From positions 1-42,010 of the IMG/VR virus record IMGVR_UViG_3300028800_000026: 42,010 bases of DNA. One strand, written 5' to 3'. Of the stretch, positions 41,267 to 42,010 are shown one piece after another. The position numbers and the translations under genes were made by a program. Position 1 is the stretch's first letter. Each line of letters starts with the position of its first letter. The stretch is from a virus. The notes under the pieces were generated by a model. The model was not told where the DNA came from. It saw only the letters and a program-made list of their open reading frames with translations, and searched no databases.

Positions 41267-42010
41267 TTGAAGATAAATGAGATAATTCAAGGAGATTGTT
41301 TGGAAGTCATGAAATCATTTCCAGACAATCATTTCAGCGCGATTGTAACGGACCCTCCTTACGGGATATCATTCATGGGAAAAGGGTGGGATCATGAAAT
41401 ACCAGGAATCGAATATTGGAAAGAATGTATCAGAATTACAAAGCCAGGTGGTCATTTACTTGCAATGGGAGGAACTCGAACATTTCATCGACTCACTTGT
41501 GCAATCGAAGATGAAGGGTGGGAGATTCGAGATTGCCTTATGTGGATCTACGGATCTGGGTTTCCTAAAAGTCATAATCATTTCGGAATTGAAGGATACG
41601 GGAGCGCTCTAAAACCGGCATACGAACCAATCATAATGGCAATGAAGCCGCTCGATGGCACGTTTGCCCAGAACGCCGAGAAATGGGGACAAGCGGGGAT
41701 TAATATTGATGGGTGTCGGATTGGTTTTGCGGAACAAAAAAGATGTGCGGGAACAAGAACCTATAAAGCAGGAACCTTAGCCGGTGGTTTGAATGGAGAA
41801 GGTGTTTTACAATTAGCTCCTCATGATGGGAAAGGCCGCTGGCCAGCCAATGTCATGTTCGACAAAGAGGCTGGAGCGCTTTTGGATGAGCAGAGTGGGG
41901 TATTGAAAAGCGGTGGCGGTGATAAAGGAAATAAAACGCAAAACGGCGGATATGGCAAAGGATATGGATATATAAAACGAGATAGCCAAGGGTCTACGGG
42001 GGGAGCCTCC
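41267..42010 (+). CDS. DNA methyltransferase, N-terminal part (runs off the contig end and continues at 1-442; 352 aa in total)
   Basis: Hand-translated: (L)KINEIIQGDCLEVMKSFPDNHFSAIVTDPPYG (motif IV, DPPY)...AMGGTRTFHR... The frame is open to the end. The only upstream in-frame start is TTG 41267. Confidence 0.8.
   Translation, partial: MKINEIIQGDCLEVMKSFPDNHFSAIVTDPPYGISFMGKGWDHEIPGIEYWKECIRITKPGGHLLAMGGTRTFHRLTCAIEDEGWEIRDCLMWIYGSGFPKSHNHFGIEGYGSALKPAYEPIIMAMKPLDGTFAQNAEKWGQAGINIDGCRIGFAEQKRCAGTRTYKAGTLAGGLNGEGVLQLAPHDGKGRWPANVMFDKEAGALLDEQSGVLKSGGGDKGNKTQNGGYGKGYGYIKRDSQGSTGGAS
41884..42010. repeat. Terminal direct repeat, identical to 1-127
   Basis: See feature 1-127. Confidence 0.97.

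Overview
The window is a self-overlapping contig. Bases 1-127 are identical to 41884-42010, so it represents one complete circular or terminally redundant tailed-phage genome of about 41,883 bp. A beta-class DNA methyltransferase gene is split across the contig ends.

Most genes are on the minus strand:
- a terminase-small-like HTH protein and the terminase large subunit
- portal, a scaffold-like protein and an HK97-fold major capsid protein (MCP)
- several large virion proteins and three possible internal proteins
- a block of fibre paralogs
- a lambdoid-style replication/recombination module: O-like initiator with internal iterons, DnaC-like loader, ERF annealase plus YqaJ exonuclease, RusA and a Cro-like HTH protein

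I saw no tail tube, sheath or tape-measure gene, so a podovirus-like virion is inferred. I also found no tRNA, CRISPR array, complete integrase, DNA polymerase or recognisable endolysin.

Headline result: the MCP gene (36304-38820, minus) is not a normal ORF. The ORF track shows only three disconnected fragments. Read by hand, it resolves into four exons, including a 93-nt mini-exon with no start codon. The exons are separated by three mutually related group I-type introns. Each intron has a P1 helix with a U.G splice-site pair, a terminal G and a co-varying 7-bp hairpin. The middle intron carries a single-motif LAGLIDADG homing endonuclease gene on the opposite strand.

Other points worth follow-up:
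- a portal gene whose coding region extends 73 codons upstream of any canonical start codon (candidate ATT start after GAGGTG)
- a plus-strand AT-rich protein fusing a sigma region-4-like HTH to an RNA polymerase alpha-CTD-like domain
- an AT-rich plus-strand island (SF2 helicase plus a four-module DNA-binding protein) inserted in the structural operon
- iterons inside the initiator gene
- modular fibre paralogs

All function calls rest on motifs read by eye. No database search was possible.
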